From Candidatus Segetimicrobium genomatis (GTDB lineage: Bacteria; Sysuimicrobiota; Sysuimicrobiia; Sysuimicrobiales; Kaftiobacteriaceae): 64,000 nucleotides of DNA. Location of the stretch: NCBI GenBank assembly GCA_005882335.1, contig VBAP01000060.1, forward strand, positions 850 to 64,849. The letters are read 5' to 3'. A model generated the notes under the pieces. The model worked only from the letters and a program-made list of their open reading frames with translations, was not told the origin of the DNA and made no database searches. This document shows, one piece after another, positions 34,925-44,185 of this stretch. Position 1 is the first letter of the stretch. Each line of letters opens with the position of its first letter. Position numbers and translations under genes: made by a program.

Positions 34925-36508
34925 ATGGTACCGATTCTGGCACTCCTGGAAGGAGGGTTCATCCTCGCCGCGGCGGGCGGAGCGCTGCTGGTCCTGGGCC
35001 GCCCGGAACTTGCGGGCTGGCATGATCTTGCGGAGGTGCTGGCCGGGGCCGGGACTCTGGCCCTGTCCTGCCTGCTGGCATTCTGCTACGCGGGTGTCTA
35101 TGATCGCCGGGTCATTCGTAGTTTCGAGGCGTTCCTGGGAAGCGTGCCCCGCGTGATCGCCGCAGCCGTCTTCCTGATGTTCCTCGCTGCCCAACTCGTC
35201 CCGGCGGCGCGCGTCCTCGATGACCCCATCGAGTCCAGTGTGCTGTTCGCCATCGCCGTCATCTTCGGACCCATCCTGCTGCTCCGCGCCGTGGTGTCCC
35301 GGGTGGTGCGCAGCCGCCGGTTCGTGCAGCGCCTGTTGATCGTCGGCGCCAGCCCGCTGGGCTGGCGCCTCGTCCACGAAATCGAGTCTCGGCTGGACTA
35401 CCGCTATGCTGTGGCGGCCATCGCCGATGACACCGCAGACCCCGCGGACGCTCCGATCGTGACGGGTCCACTCGACCGTCTCGATGAGATCGTCGACGGC
35501 ATCAGTCCCGACATGATCGTGCTGGCGCTGGCCGACTGGCGTGGGCGGCTTCCGGTCCGGGAGCTGCTCAAAGCCCGCGTCTACCGGGGGATTCCCATCG
35601 AAGAGGGTGTGGAAGTCTACGAGCGTCTCACCGGGAAACTGGCTATCGAGGCGTTGACCCCCAGCCACCTGATCTTTTCAGAGGGATTTCGCCAGTCCCG
35701 TCTGACCCAAGTCGTGCGGCGGAGCGTCAGCGTGCTCATCGCCACGGTGGGCCTCGTCGCCACTGCGCCGCTCTTCGCCCTCATCGCCCTGGCGATCACG
35801 CTGGATTCTCCGGGGCCGGTGCTGTTCGCGCAGCGACGCCTGGGGCTTCACGGGAGGCCGTTTGTCCTGATGAAGTTTCGCACCATGCATCCCACCAGTG
35901 CGCCGAGGTCGGAGTGGGAACAGGACAACCGCGATCGACTAACCCGGGTGGGAAGATGGTTGCGGCGCTTCTGGCTCGACGAGCTGCCGCAGTTGGTGAA
36001 CATTCTCCGCGGCGACATGGATCTGGTGGGCCCGCGACCGCACCCGGTGTCGAATGCCAATCTGTTCATCCGCAGCGTTCCGTACTACTCCCTGCGCATG
36101 GCCGTGCGTCCTGGTCTGACCGGCTGGGCACAGGTGCGGAACGGCTATGCCAACAACCTGAATGAAGAAACTGAGAAGATGCGCTATGACCTCTACTACA
36201 TCAAGCACCGCTCCATGTGGCTCGATCTCCTGATTCTGTTCGAAACGGTCAGGGTCATGCTTGGAGCTCGCGGCCGCGACGCCGTCGAGGAGCACGCCAT
36301 CGAACCGCGCCACGGCGGGCCGGTCCCCGCGACTCCGGCCGCGGCCCCGCTCACGCCTGCGGCAGGCGCGAACACTGCGGGGCGAACCGGGGGCGGGGGG
36401 ACAGGGGCCTGGCTGGGGTACCAACCGGCAGCGGATGGTGAGGCGGTGGGTGCGGCCGGAGAGGCGATGCGACCGTCTTCGTTCGAGGTTTTTGTTGGGC
36501 CGGAGTGA
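34925..36508 (+). CDS. Undecaprenyl-phosphate sugar phosphotransferase (bacterial sugar transferase, initiating enzyme)
   Basis: Multi-TM N-terminus and C-terminal domain DSPGPVLFAQRRLGLHGRPFVLMKFRTM...DELPQLVNILRGDMDLVGPRP. It has an extra Pro/Ala/Gly-rich tail of about 70 aa. Confidence 0.85.
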   Translation: MVPILALLEGGFILAAAGGALLVLGRPELAGWHDLAEVLAGAGTLALSCLLAFCYAGVYDRRVIRSFEAFLGSVPRVIAAAVFLMFLAAQLVPAARVLDDPIESSVLFAIAVIFGPILLLRAVVSRVVRSRRFVQRLLIVGASPLGWRLVHEIESRLDYRYAVAAIADDTADPADAPIVTGPLDRLDEIVDGISPDMIVLALADWRGRLPVRELLKARVYRGIPIEEGVEVYERLTGKLAIEALTPSHLIFSEGFRQSRLTQVVRRSVSVLIATVGLVATAPLFALIALAITLDSPGPVLFAQRRLGLHGRPFVLMKFRTMHPTSAPRSEWEQDNRDRLTRVGRWLRRFWLDELPQLVNILRGDMDLVGPRPHPVSNANLFIRSVPYYSLRMAVRPGLTGWAQVRNGYANNLNEETEKMRYDLYYIKHRSMWLDLLILFETVRVMLGARGRDAVEEHAIEPRHGGPVPATPAAAPLTPAAGANTAGRTGGGGTGAWLGYQPAADGEAVGAAGEAMRPSSFEVFVGPE

Positions 36509-36592
36509 TCGTGGCTTCCCAGGATACTCCGGCGCAGTGTCGGAACCGCCAGCGAGCGGCGAAGAGCCTGGCATGAGGGTGGTGGTGTTCCG

Positions 36593-37939
36593 GTGAGTCA
36601 GGTGCTTGAGCAAGCTGACACATCTGTGCAGTATGCTGCGCTACTCGACGCGCGGATTCGACAGCGGACGGCGGGCATCACCGTCGTCGGCCAGGGATAC
36701 GTGGGTCTGCCGCTGGCCGTCGAGCTGGCGCTGGCAGGTTTTCGCGTGACGGGTCTGGACACAGATGGGGGGAGGGTCACCGGACTCAACGCGGGTCGTT
36801 CGCATTCCCCGGACATCGACGAGGACGAACTGGCCGCGCTGGTGCAGGAACACCGGTACACGGCGACGACGGACTCCGGCGTGCTGGCGGACAGCGACGT
36901 CGTGATCATCTGTGTGCCGACGCCATTGCGCAAGTCAAAAGATCCCGACATCTCCTACGTCGTCGCCGCGGCCACCGAGGCCGCGGCCAAGTTCCGGCCG
37001 GGACAGCTGGTGATCCTGGAGAGCACCACCTACCCGGGAACGACGGAAGAAGTTCTCCTCCCTCTCTTTGCGGCGCGCGGCGCGACCGTGGGGGAAAACT
37101 TCTTCCTCACCTTCTCGCCGGAGCGCATCGATCCGGGGAACCGTACCTTCCGGCTCAGGGACATCACCAAGGTGGTGGGGGGAGTGACGCCGGCCTGCTC
37201 GCGCCTCGCGGCGCTGCTCTACGAGCAGATCGTCGACAAGGTCGTGGAGGTGTCGAGTCCCAAAGTGGCTGAGCTGGCCAAGTTGTACGAAAACGTGTTC
37301 AGAAACGTCAACATCGCCCTGGCCAACGAGTTTGCCTTGATGTGCCGCCGCCTGGACGTCCGCAGCCGTGAGGTGATCGAGGCGGCCGCCACCAAGCCGT
37401 TCGGCTTCCTGCCGTTCTATCCCGGTCCGGGCATCGGCGGGCATTGCATCCCAATCGATCCCAGCTACCTGGCCTGGAAGATGCGGCTCAACGGGTATGA
37501 GGCGCGCTTTATCCACCTCGCCGATGAGGTCAACCGCGCCATGCCGGCGTATGTGGTGGAGCTGGTCGCTGAAGGACTCAATCGCCGCCAGCGTGCGCTC
37601 AACGGCGCGCGGATCCTGGCGCTGGGAGTGTCGTATAAGCGCGGTGTGGGCGACACGCGGGAGTCGCCCGCCCTGGAGGTCCTCGCCCAATTAAGGCACC
37701 GGGGCGCGGAGATTGCGTACGCAGACCCATATGTGCCTGCGGTGGCCATCGATGGGGTTCTGGTGAACGCGGTCGAGCTCACCGACGAGCAGCTCAGCGC
37801 CGCCGATTGCGTCGTGATCCTGACAGACCACCCCGGCGTCAACTATCGGCGGGTCGTGGAACTGGCCCGCCTGGTCGTAGATACACGGAACGCCACGTGG
37901 GGAGTTCCCGTCCCCGCGGAGCGCGTCATTGTGTTGTAG
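36593..37939 (+). CDS. UDP-N-acetyl-D-mannosamine (or UDP-GlcNAc) 6-dehydrogenase, WecC/WbpA-like
   Basis: ITVVGQGYVGLPLAVELA...GPGIGGHCIPID nucleotide-sugar dehydrogenase motifs. Adjacent to wecB. Confidence 0.7.
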   Translation: MSQVLEQADTSVQYAALLDARIRQRTAGITVVGQGYVGLPLAVELALAGFRVTGLDTDGGRVTGLNAGRSHSPDIDEDELAALVQEHRYTATTDSGVLADSDVVIICVPTPLRKSKDPDISYVVAAATEAAAKFRPGQLVILESTTYPGTTEEVLLPLFAARGATVGENFFLTFSPERIDPGNRTFRLRDITKVVGGVTPACSRLAALLYEQIVDKVVEVSSPKVAELAKLYENVFRNVNIALANEFALMCRRLDVRSREVIEAAATKPFGFLPFYPGPGIGGHCIPIDPSYLAWKMRLNGYEARFIHLADEVNRAMPAYVVELVAEGLNRRQRALNGARILALGVSYKRGVGDTRESPALEVLAQLRHRGAEIAYADPYVPAVAIDGVLVNAVELTDEQLSAADCVVILTDHPGVNYRRVVELARLVVDTRNATWGVPVPAERVIVL

Positions 37940-37945
37940 GCGTCG

Positions 37946-38374
37946 ATGGCGGCCTCATCTGTTTTCGGCCCCAGCCGGGCGCGCCGGATCGCGCTCGATC
38001 TTCGGTATGCGCTGTTCGCGCTGGTCTACATCGCGATGCTGTCCTGGTTGTCCTCCCATCCTGAACCCAAGGCCCCCGGGAGCGGCGCCCTGGCGCAGCT
38101 GGCCATCAATCTCTATCACCTCCCGCTCTACGCCGGTCTCGGCTTCTTTGTCCTGGAGGCGATCTCGCGAGGGCAGGGGATGGCGTCGCACCGGTGGACG
38201 CGCGCCGGGGTCACGATCGTGGTAACCGGAGTGATCGCGGCGCTTGACGAGTGGCATCAACGCTATGTCCCTGGGCGGGACCCGTCGCTCTCGGACCTGT
38301 TCCTGGATCTTGCCGGCGTGGCGTGCCTGCTGCTGGCGTGTGGGCTAGGTACCCCACGGGAGTCGCGGCGTTGA
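37946..38374 (+). CDS. VanZ-family membrane protein
   Basis: 142 aa, 4 TM helices, DEWHQRYVPGRDPSLSD signature. Confidence 0.7.
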   Translation: MAASSVFGPSRARRIALDLRYALFALVYIAMLSWLSSHPEPKAPGSGALAQLAINLYHLPLYAGLGFFVLEAISRGQGMASHRWTRAGVTIVVTGVIAALDEWHQRYVPGRDPSLSDLFLDLAGVACLLLACGLGTPRESRR

Positions 38375-39555
38375 GAGTCGTCAGCGTCGTCGGGGCGCGC
38401 CCAAACTTCGTGAAGATCGCCCCTCTCGCGCGGGAGATGAAGCGCCATCGGTGGATCGTCCCCACGTTGGTACACACCGGCCAGCACTACGACGACGCCA
38501 TGTCAGAACAGTTCTTCCGGGATCTGGAGATCGGGTTGCCTGACGTGAACCTCGGCGTCGGATCCGCGTCCCACGCGGTGCAGACCGCCGAAGTGATACG
38601 ACGGCTGGAGCCGCTGCTCGTCGGGTCGCGGCCCGACCTCGTGCTGGTTGTAGGGGACGTGAACTCAACGCTGGCCGCGGCGCTGACGGCCGTCAAGCTC
38701 CAGATCCCTGTGGCGCATGTCGAGGCGGGGCTGCGGAGTTTCGATCGCCGGATGCCCGAGGAAATCAACCGGCTGCTGACCGACGCGGTGGCGGACCTCC
38801 TCTTCGTCACGGAGGAAAGCGGACGCCAGAATCTCCTGCGCGAGGGGGTGGCCCGCGACAAGATCCACCTCGTCGGCAACGTCATGATCGACGCGCTGGA
38901 GATGTTTCGCAGCCGCTGGATGCGCTCCAAGATCTTCGACGTCCTCGGACTCGCACCCGACCGGGCCTACGCCGTGGTCACCCTCCACCGGCCATCCAAT
39001 GTGGATGATCCGGCGACCCTGGCGCGTTTCATCGCGGCGCTGGACGAATTATCGTCACGGCTGCCCGTCATCTTCCCTGTGCACCCCAGAGCCAGAGCGC
39101 GGCTGGACCGCGGGGGCCTGGCCGCCGGCGCCAGCGGATCCGCCGCCCATGCCAATGGGGACCGGGGCCTCGTGTTCCTCGACCCCCTGGGCTACCTCGA
39201 CTTCATCGCGCTGCTCAGCCGGGCTCGGGTTGTCTTGACGGATTCGGGAGGGGTGCAGGAGGAGACGACGGGACTGGGCGTGCCGTGTCTCACACTCCGC
39301 GAAAACACCGAGCGCCCGGTCACCGTGACGCACGGGACCAACCGGGTGATCGGCACGGATCCGGATTGCATCGCCAAAGAAGCGTTGCGAACTCTAGAAG
39401 AGCCCCCCGTGCCGCGCCGCCGTCCTCCCCAGTGGGACGGGCATGCCGCGGGCCGGATTCTCAGCGTCTTGCGCCGGCGGTGGGAGGGTGCCGCGGAGGT
39501 CCCAGCCGCGGTGGTCCGCGTGCCGATGGAACTCGGGGCCGGCCGCGACGCATGA
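38373..39555 (+). CDS. wecB: UDP-N-acetylglucosamine 2-epimerase (non-hydrolysing)
   Basis: TTG start overlaps the VanZ stop. LRVVSVVGARPNFVKIAPL...HTGQHYD...VHVEAGLRSFDRRMPEEINR. Confidence 0.85.
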
Positions 39556-39589
39556 GCGTGGCCCATCGGGCCAAGGCTCCCCGGAGGAT

Positions 39590-40285
39590 ATGGAGATGAT
39601 GAGGGGATCGCAAAATGTGGCCGACGTGCTCCGACACTTCGACAGCACGGCCGGACAGTTTGACGCCATCTATTCGTCCACCCGGCTGGTCGACCGGATC
39701 TTCCGGCGGGACATGTACGACCGGTTCCAACGCACAGTGGAGCAGTGTGAACCCATTCGAGGCAAGTCGGTCTTGGACGTGGGCTGCGGATCCGGCCAGT
39801 ATGCGATCGCGCTGGCCCAACGCGGCGCAGGCGAGGTGGTGGGGTTGGACTTTGCCCAACACATGCTCGACATCGCCGAGGAGAAAGCGCGGCAGGCCGG
39901 GGTCGCCGATCGGTGCCGGTTCATCCGCGACGAGTTCCTGGCCTATCCCTCCACCCGGCGCTTCGACTATGTGCTGGCCATCGGCTTCTTCGACTACGTC
40001 CGCGACCCCGTACCTTTTCTGGCGCGGGCGCGCGACCTGACGGGCGAGAAGTTCGTCGCCACGTTCCCACGGCTGTTCACCTGGCGGGCGCCGGTCCGCA
40101 AGGTCCGCCTGACGCTCCGCCGGTGTCCGGTCTTCTTCTACAGCCGCGCGCGCGTGGCCGCCCTGATGCACCAGGCCGGGCTGGCCGTGGACCTGCTGGA
40201 CACCTGCGGGCAGTTGTATTTCGTGGCCGGGACGCCGGCGAACGCCCGGCGCACCCGCGGAGGGGGGACCGAGGATGCACCCTGA
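39590..40285 (+). CDS. Class I SAM-dependent methyltransferase
   Basis: Start MEMMRGSQ with a GGAGGA ribosome-binding site. Motif I VLDVGCGSGQYAIALA. Post-I LDFAQHML. Confidence 0.75.
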   Translation: MEMMRGSQNVADVLRHFDSTAGQFDAIYSSTRLVDRIFRRDMYDRFQRTVEQCEPIRGKSVLDVGCGSGQYAIALAQRGAGEVVGLDFAQHMLDIAEEKARQAGVADRCRFIRDEFLAYPSTRRFDYVLAIGFFDYVRDPVPFLARARDLTGEKFVATFPRLFTWRAPVRKVRLTLRRCPVFFYSRARVAALMHQAGLAVDLLDTCGQLYFVAGTPANARRTRGGGTEDAP

Positions 40286-41279
40286 CACACCGGTGGCACT
40301 GTTCTCGACCTGTCCGGCGTTTGACGGCGCGCCGGAGGGTGGGTATCTCCGACGGGTCATCGATGTGGCCCGCTGGAGCGACGAGGCGGGATGCACGGGC
40401 ATCCTCGTGTATACCGACAACAGCCAACTCGATGCCTGGCTCGTCGCGCAGCTCATCATCCAGCAGACCAAGGCGCTCTCGCCGCTGGTGGCCGTCCAGC
40501 CCGTGTACATGCATCCCTACACGGTGGCCAAGATGGTGACCTCTCTCGCCCAGCTGCACGGACGGCGGCTCTACCTGAACATGGTCGCGGGCGGCTTCAA
40601 GAACGACCTGGTGGCGCTGCACGACACGACGCCGCATGATGAACGGTATGCCCGGCTGGTCGAGTACACCGCCATCATCGCCCAACTCCTCCGCGGAGAC
40701 CCGGTGAGCAGCGCCGGGACCTATTACCACGTCGACAAGCTGAAGCTGACACCGTCCGTACCGTCAGAGCTGTTCCCGGGGATCTTCGTCTCCGGTTCCT
40801 CTGAGGGGGGCCTGACCGCCGCGCGCGCGCTGGGCGCCACCGCGGTCAAGTACCCGAAGCCGGCGGATGAAGAAGCGGTGCCGCCGCTGGGGATCCCATT
40901 TGGGATTCGGGTCGGCATCATCGCGCGCGACACGGACGACGACGCGTGGGGGGTGGCCCATGCCCGCTTTCCCGAAGACCGCCGCGGCCAGCTCACCCGC
41001 CAGCTGGCGACGAAGATCTCGGACTCGGTGTGGCACAAGCAGATCTCCGAGATGGCGGCGCAGACCCACGGCAGCCCGTACTGGCTGGTGCCGTTTGAGA
41101 ACTACAAGACGATGTGCCCCTACCTGGTGGGGAGCCACGACCGGGTCGCCCGCGAGATCGGTCGGTACATGGGGCTGGGATACAGAACGTTCATTCTTGA
41201 CATTCCTACACAGCGCGAGGATCTCGATCACATCCGCCGTGTCTTCGAGCGGGCCACGGTGACGCTGGCCAGCGCATGA
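40275..41279 (+). CDS. LLM-class (luciferase-like) flavin-dependent oxidoreductase
   Basis: 334 aa with the TIM-barrel LLM pattern (...GILVYTDNSQLDAWLVAQ...LNMVAGG...). Resembles exosortase-A-locus luciferase-family oxidoreductases. Confidence 0.65.
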   Translation: MHPDTPVALFSTCPAFDGAPEGGYLRRVIDVARWSDEAGCTGILVYTDNSQLDAWLVAQLIIQQTKALSPLVAVQPVYMHPYTVAKMVTSLAQLHGRRLYLNMVAGGFKNDLVALHDTTPHDERYARLVEYTAIIAQLLRGDPVSSAGTYYHVDKLKLTPSVPSELFPGIFVSGSSEGGLTAARALGATAVKYPKPADEEAVPPLGIPFGIRVGIIARDTDDDAWGVAHARFPEDRRGQLTRQLATKISDSVWHKQISEMAAQTHGSPYWLVPFENYKTMCPYLVGSHDRVAREIGRYMGLGYRTFILDIPTQREDLDHIRRVFERATVTLASA

Positions 41280-42907
41280 GCAGCCTGACCGTCGAGCGTC
41301 TCGATCAATGGGTCAGCGTTCAGGCGGCGCGCCGCCCGTGGGCCGGGGCAGTCGTGCTGAGCGGCGAGCGTCTGACGTACAGCCAGCTGGACGGCGCGTC
41401 GAACCGCCTGGCCCGCTGTCTGATCGCCAGCGGGTGCCGCGCTGGCGACCGCGTCGCTCTCTTGATGCCGAAGTCCCCGGCCGCGATTGCCTGCATTGTC
41501 GGGATCTACAAGGCCGGATGTATTTACGTGCCGCTCGACCCCGCGGGTCCTGCGCGGAGGCTGGGCACGATCCTGCACTCCTGCGAGCCCGGGTGGATCG
41601 TCGCCGCCGGGCCCGTGGGGGGCATCCTGGATGAGCTCTTCCAGGATGAACAGATTCGCGAAGGGACGCGGGTCGGCTGGCTGGGATCCGATCGCGTGGA
41701 GGGCCGGCAGATCGGGGCGGAGCACTGGACGCCCGCGTTACCGGACTTTCCGGACGCGCCCGTGGACGTCCCCACGAGGGGGCGCGATCTGGCGCACATC
41801 TTCTACACCTCCGGCTCCACCGGCGCACCCAAGGGTGTGATGATCACGCACGACAATGTCATGCATTTCGTGGAGTGGGCCGTACGACATTTCGGCGTGC
41901 GCCCCGGCGACAGGATCTCGGGCCACTCACCGCTCCACTTTGATCTCTCGATGTTCGACATCTTCGGCACCTTTGCCGCCGGCGGCGAGCTGTATCTCGT
42001 GCCGCCGGAGCTCAACATTCAGCCCGCCAAACTCGCCGAGTTCATCCGCACGAGCGCGTTGACGCAGTGGTTTTCCGTTCCTTCTATTCTCAACTACATG
42101 GCCAAGTTCGACGTGGTTCGGTTTCGCGACTTCCCGGCCCTGCGGCGGCTTCTGTGGTGTGGGGAGGTGTGTCCCACGCCTGCGCTCATCTACTGGATGC
42201 GACGGCTCCCCCACGTGACGTTCACGAATCTCTACGGTCCCACGGAAACGACCATCGCCAGCAGCCATTACACCCTCCCGGGCTGCCCGACAGACGAAAC
42301 GGCCGCGGTTCCGATCGGCACAGCTTGTCCTGGAGAGGAGCTGGTCATCCTCAGCGACGAGCTCCGGCCGGTACCGGCCGGCACCGTCGGTGAGGTTTGC
42401 ATCCGCGGGGTTGGGCTCAGCCCCGGCTACTGGCGGGATCCGGAGCGCACCGATGCGGCATTCATCCCCGATCCGCAGCGCGCCGATCCGGGCGGCCGCC
42501 TCTACAGGACGGGCGACCTGGCCAGACTCGGGGAAGACGGCCTGGTGTACTTTCTCGGCCGCAAAGACTCCCAGATCAAGAGTCGAGGCTACCGGATCGA
42601 ACTTGGCGAGGTTGAGACGGCGGTCAGGACGCTGGACGGGGTGGCGGACTGCGCGGTGGTGGCCATCGGCACCGAGGGATTCGAAGGGGCGTTGATCTGT
42701 TGCGCGTACGTGCCCAGGCCGGGTAAGGAGGTCAGCGCCGCCCGGCTCCGGGGGGCGCTGAGTGAGATGCTTCCTGGCTACATGCTGCCGTTCCGCTGGA
42801 TGGCCTTTGATGCGCTTCCGACCAACGCGAACGGCAAGGTCGACCGTCGCTGGCTTAAAGAGACGTTTCAGGCATCGCGCGAACGTGAGACTCAAGCCCA
42901 TCGATAG
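41276..42907 (+). CDS. Stand-alone adenylation (AMP-binding) enzyme, NRPS A-domain/acyl-ligase-like
   Basis: A3 LAHIFYTSGSTGAPKGV, A7 YRTGDLAR, A8 GRKDSQIKSRGYRIELGEVE, A10 NGKVDR. No C or T domain fused. Confidence 0.85.
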   Translation: MSSLTVERLDQWVSVQAARRPWAGAVVLSGERLTYSQLDGASNRLARCLIASGCRAGDRVALLMPKSPAAIACIVGIYKAGCIYVPLDPAGPARRLGTILHSCEPGWIVAAGPVGGILDELFQDEQIREGTRVGWLGSDRVEGRQIGAEHWTPALPDFPDAPVDVPTRGRDLAHIFYTSGSTGAPKGVMITHDNVMHFVEWAVRHFGVRPGDRISGHSPLHFDLSMFDIFGTFAAGGELYLVPPELNIQPAKLAEFIRTSALTQWFSVPSILNYMAKFDVVRFRDFPALRRLLWCGEVCPTPALIYWMRRLPHVTFTNLYGPTETTIASSHYTLPGCPTDETAAVPIGTACPGEELVILSDELRPVPAGTVGEVCIRGVGLSPGYWRDPERTDAAFIPDPQRADPGGRLYRTGDLARLGEDGLVYFLGRKDSQIKSRGYRIELGEVETAVRTLDGVADCAVVAIGTEGFEGALICCAYVPRPGKEVSAARLRGALSEMLPGYMLPFRWMAFDALPTNANGKVDRRWLKETFQASRERETQAHR

Positions 42908-43391
42908 TCCCGAACTCATCGCGCTGGTGGCGGGGTGGCTGTCGCAGAAGGAGAACTCCCAGTGGCTCGACTTCGGCGACGGCAGGCAGACCCTCACCCC
43001 GGAGTGGCTGAAGATCATGACCCAGCGAGACGGCCATCTGCTGCGCGTCTTTACCCGCGACGAGGATGACACTCCCATCGGCCTGGTGGCTCTCAGCGAG
43101 ATCAACCGGCACTTTCAGACGGCGAGGATCTGGGTGGTGGTGGGCGACAAGTCGTTCTTGTCACGCGGCTACGGGACGCGCGCCACGGCGGCGATGCTCA
43201 CGGTGGCATTTCGGGACCTCGGGCTGCACTCTGTGAACACATGGATCGTGGAAGGGAACCCCTCATTGCGGATGGCGCCGCGGCTGCACTTCACGCTGGT
43301 GGGACGCCAGCGCCAGTGCCACTACATCGACGGGCGATCCTATGACAGGTTCTGGTTCGACATCCTGGCCTCTGAGCACAAGGAGTCGTGA
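42885..43391 (+). CDS. GNAT-family N-acyltransferase
   Basis: GTG start overlaps the upstream stop. About 168 aa with GLVALSEI...VVVGDKSFLSRGYGTRA GNAT motifs. Confidence 0.6.
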   Translation: MRLKPIDSPELIALVAGWLSQKENSQWLDFGDGRQTLTPEWLKIMTQRDGHLLRVFTRDEDDTPIGLVALSEINRHFQTARIWVVVGDKSFLSRGYGTRATAAMLTVAFRDLGLHSVNTWIVEGNPSLRMAPRLHFTLVGRQRQCHYIDGRSYDRFWFDILASEHKES

Positions 43392-43392
43392 G

Positions 43393-43722
43393 GTGAACGG
43401 TCCCGCACTGCTGCAGGAACGGATCGGCAAACTGATCCTGGACGGGATCAACGTGGAGGTCCCGTCGGTCGACACGGACCTGTTCGACACGGGAGTGCTC
43501 GACTCGCTGGCGTTCGTGGAGCTCCTGCTGCACCTGGAGCGGGAGTTTGGCGTCCAGATTTCCATCGAGGAACTGGAGATCGAACGCTTCCGTTCGATCG
43601 AGCGGATCGCCGAGTTCATCGCTAGTCAGGTCGGTTCCGCCGCCGCTCCATCCGGCGAGTGGAGGGAGCCGTCCGCGGGATCGGGGAACGGGGCGGGGAG
43701 TGGCCGTGGACGCCCAGGCTAG
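43393..43722 (+). CDS. Acyl/peptidyl carrier protein
   Basis: GTG start with AGGAG ribosome-binding site. Phosphopantetheine site GVLDSLAFVELL. Gly/Ser-rich C-terminal tail. Confidence 0.7.
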   Translation: MNGPALLQERIGKLILDGINVEVPSVDTDLFDTGVLDSLAFVELLLHLEREFGVQISIEELEIERFRSIERIAEFIASQVGSAAAPSGEWREPSAGSGNGAGSGRGRPG

Positions 43723-44185
43723 ACGGCGTGCCCTGCGCCTGGTCACCAACGGGATGTTCGTGATGACGGCGCGGGACGGCGACCACTACGGCGTGGCGAC
43801 GCTGACGTGGTTGTCCCAGGCCTCGTTCAAGCCCCCGCTCCTCATGGTGGGAGTGCGGCCGGCCAGCAACGTGTTCCAGTGCCTGACCCGAAGCGGATTC
43901 GCGGCGGTGCATGTCCTCGGGGCGGACCAACAGGAAGTGGCCCTGAAATTCTTCTCTCCCACCCAGGTCACCGACGGCCAGATCAACGGGGAGCCGTTCA
44001 CCGACGGTGTGACCGGGGCGCCCCTCTTCCCGCGTCTGCGCGCTTGGGTGGAGTGTCGTGTGGTGCGGATCGTCGACGCCGGGGGCGATCACGCGGTCGT
44101 CATCATGGAAGTGGTCGAGGCGAAGTGTCCCGGATCCTTTGAGCCGCTGACCGTCGCGGCGTCGCCCTGGGTGTACGGGGGATGA
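43700..44185 (+). CDS. Flavin reductase (HpaC/NADH:FMN reductase-like domain)
   Basis: ALRLVTNGMFVMTARDGDHYGVATLTWLSQASFKPPLLMVGV...ECRVV. GTG start overlaps the ACP end. Confidence 0.7.
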   Translation: MAVDAQARRRALRLVTNGMFVMTARDGDHYGVATLTWLSQASFKPPLLMVGVRPASNVFQCLTRSGFAAVHVLGADQQEVALKFFSPTQVTDGQINGEPFTDGVTGAPLFPRLRAWVECRVVRIVDAGGDHAVVIMEVVEAKCPGSFEPLTVAASPWVYGG

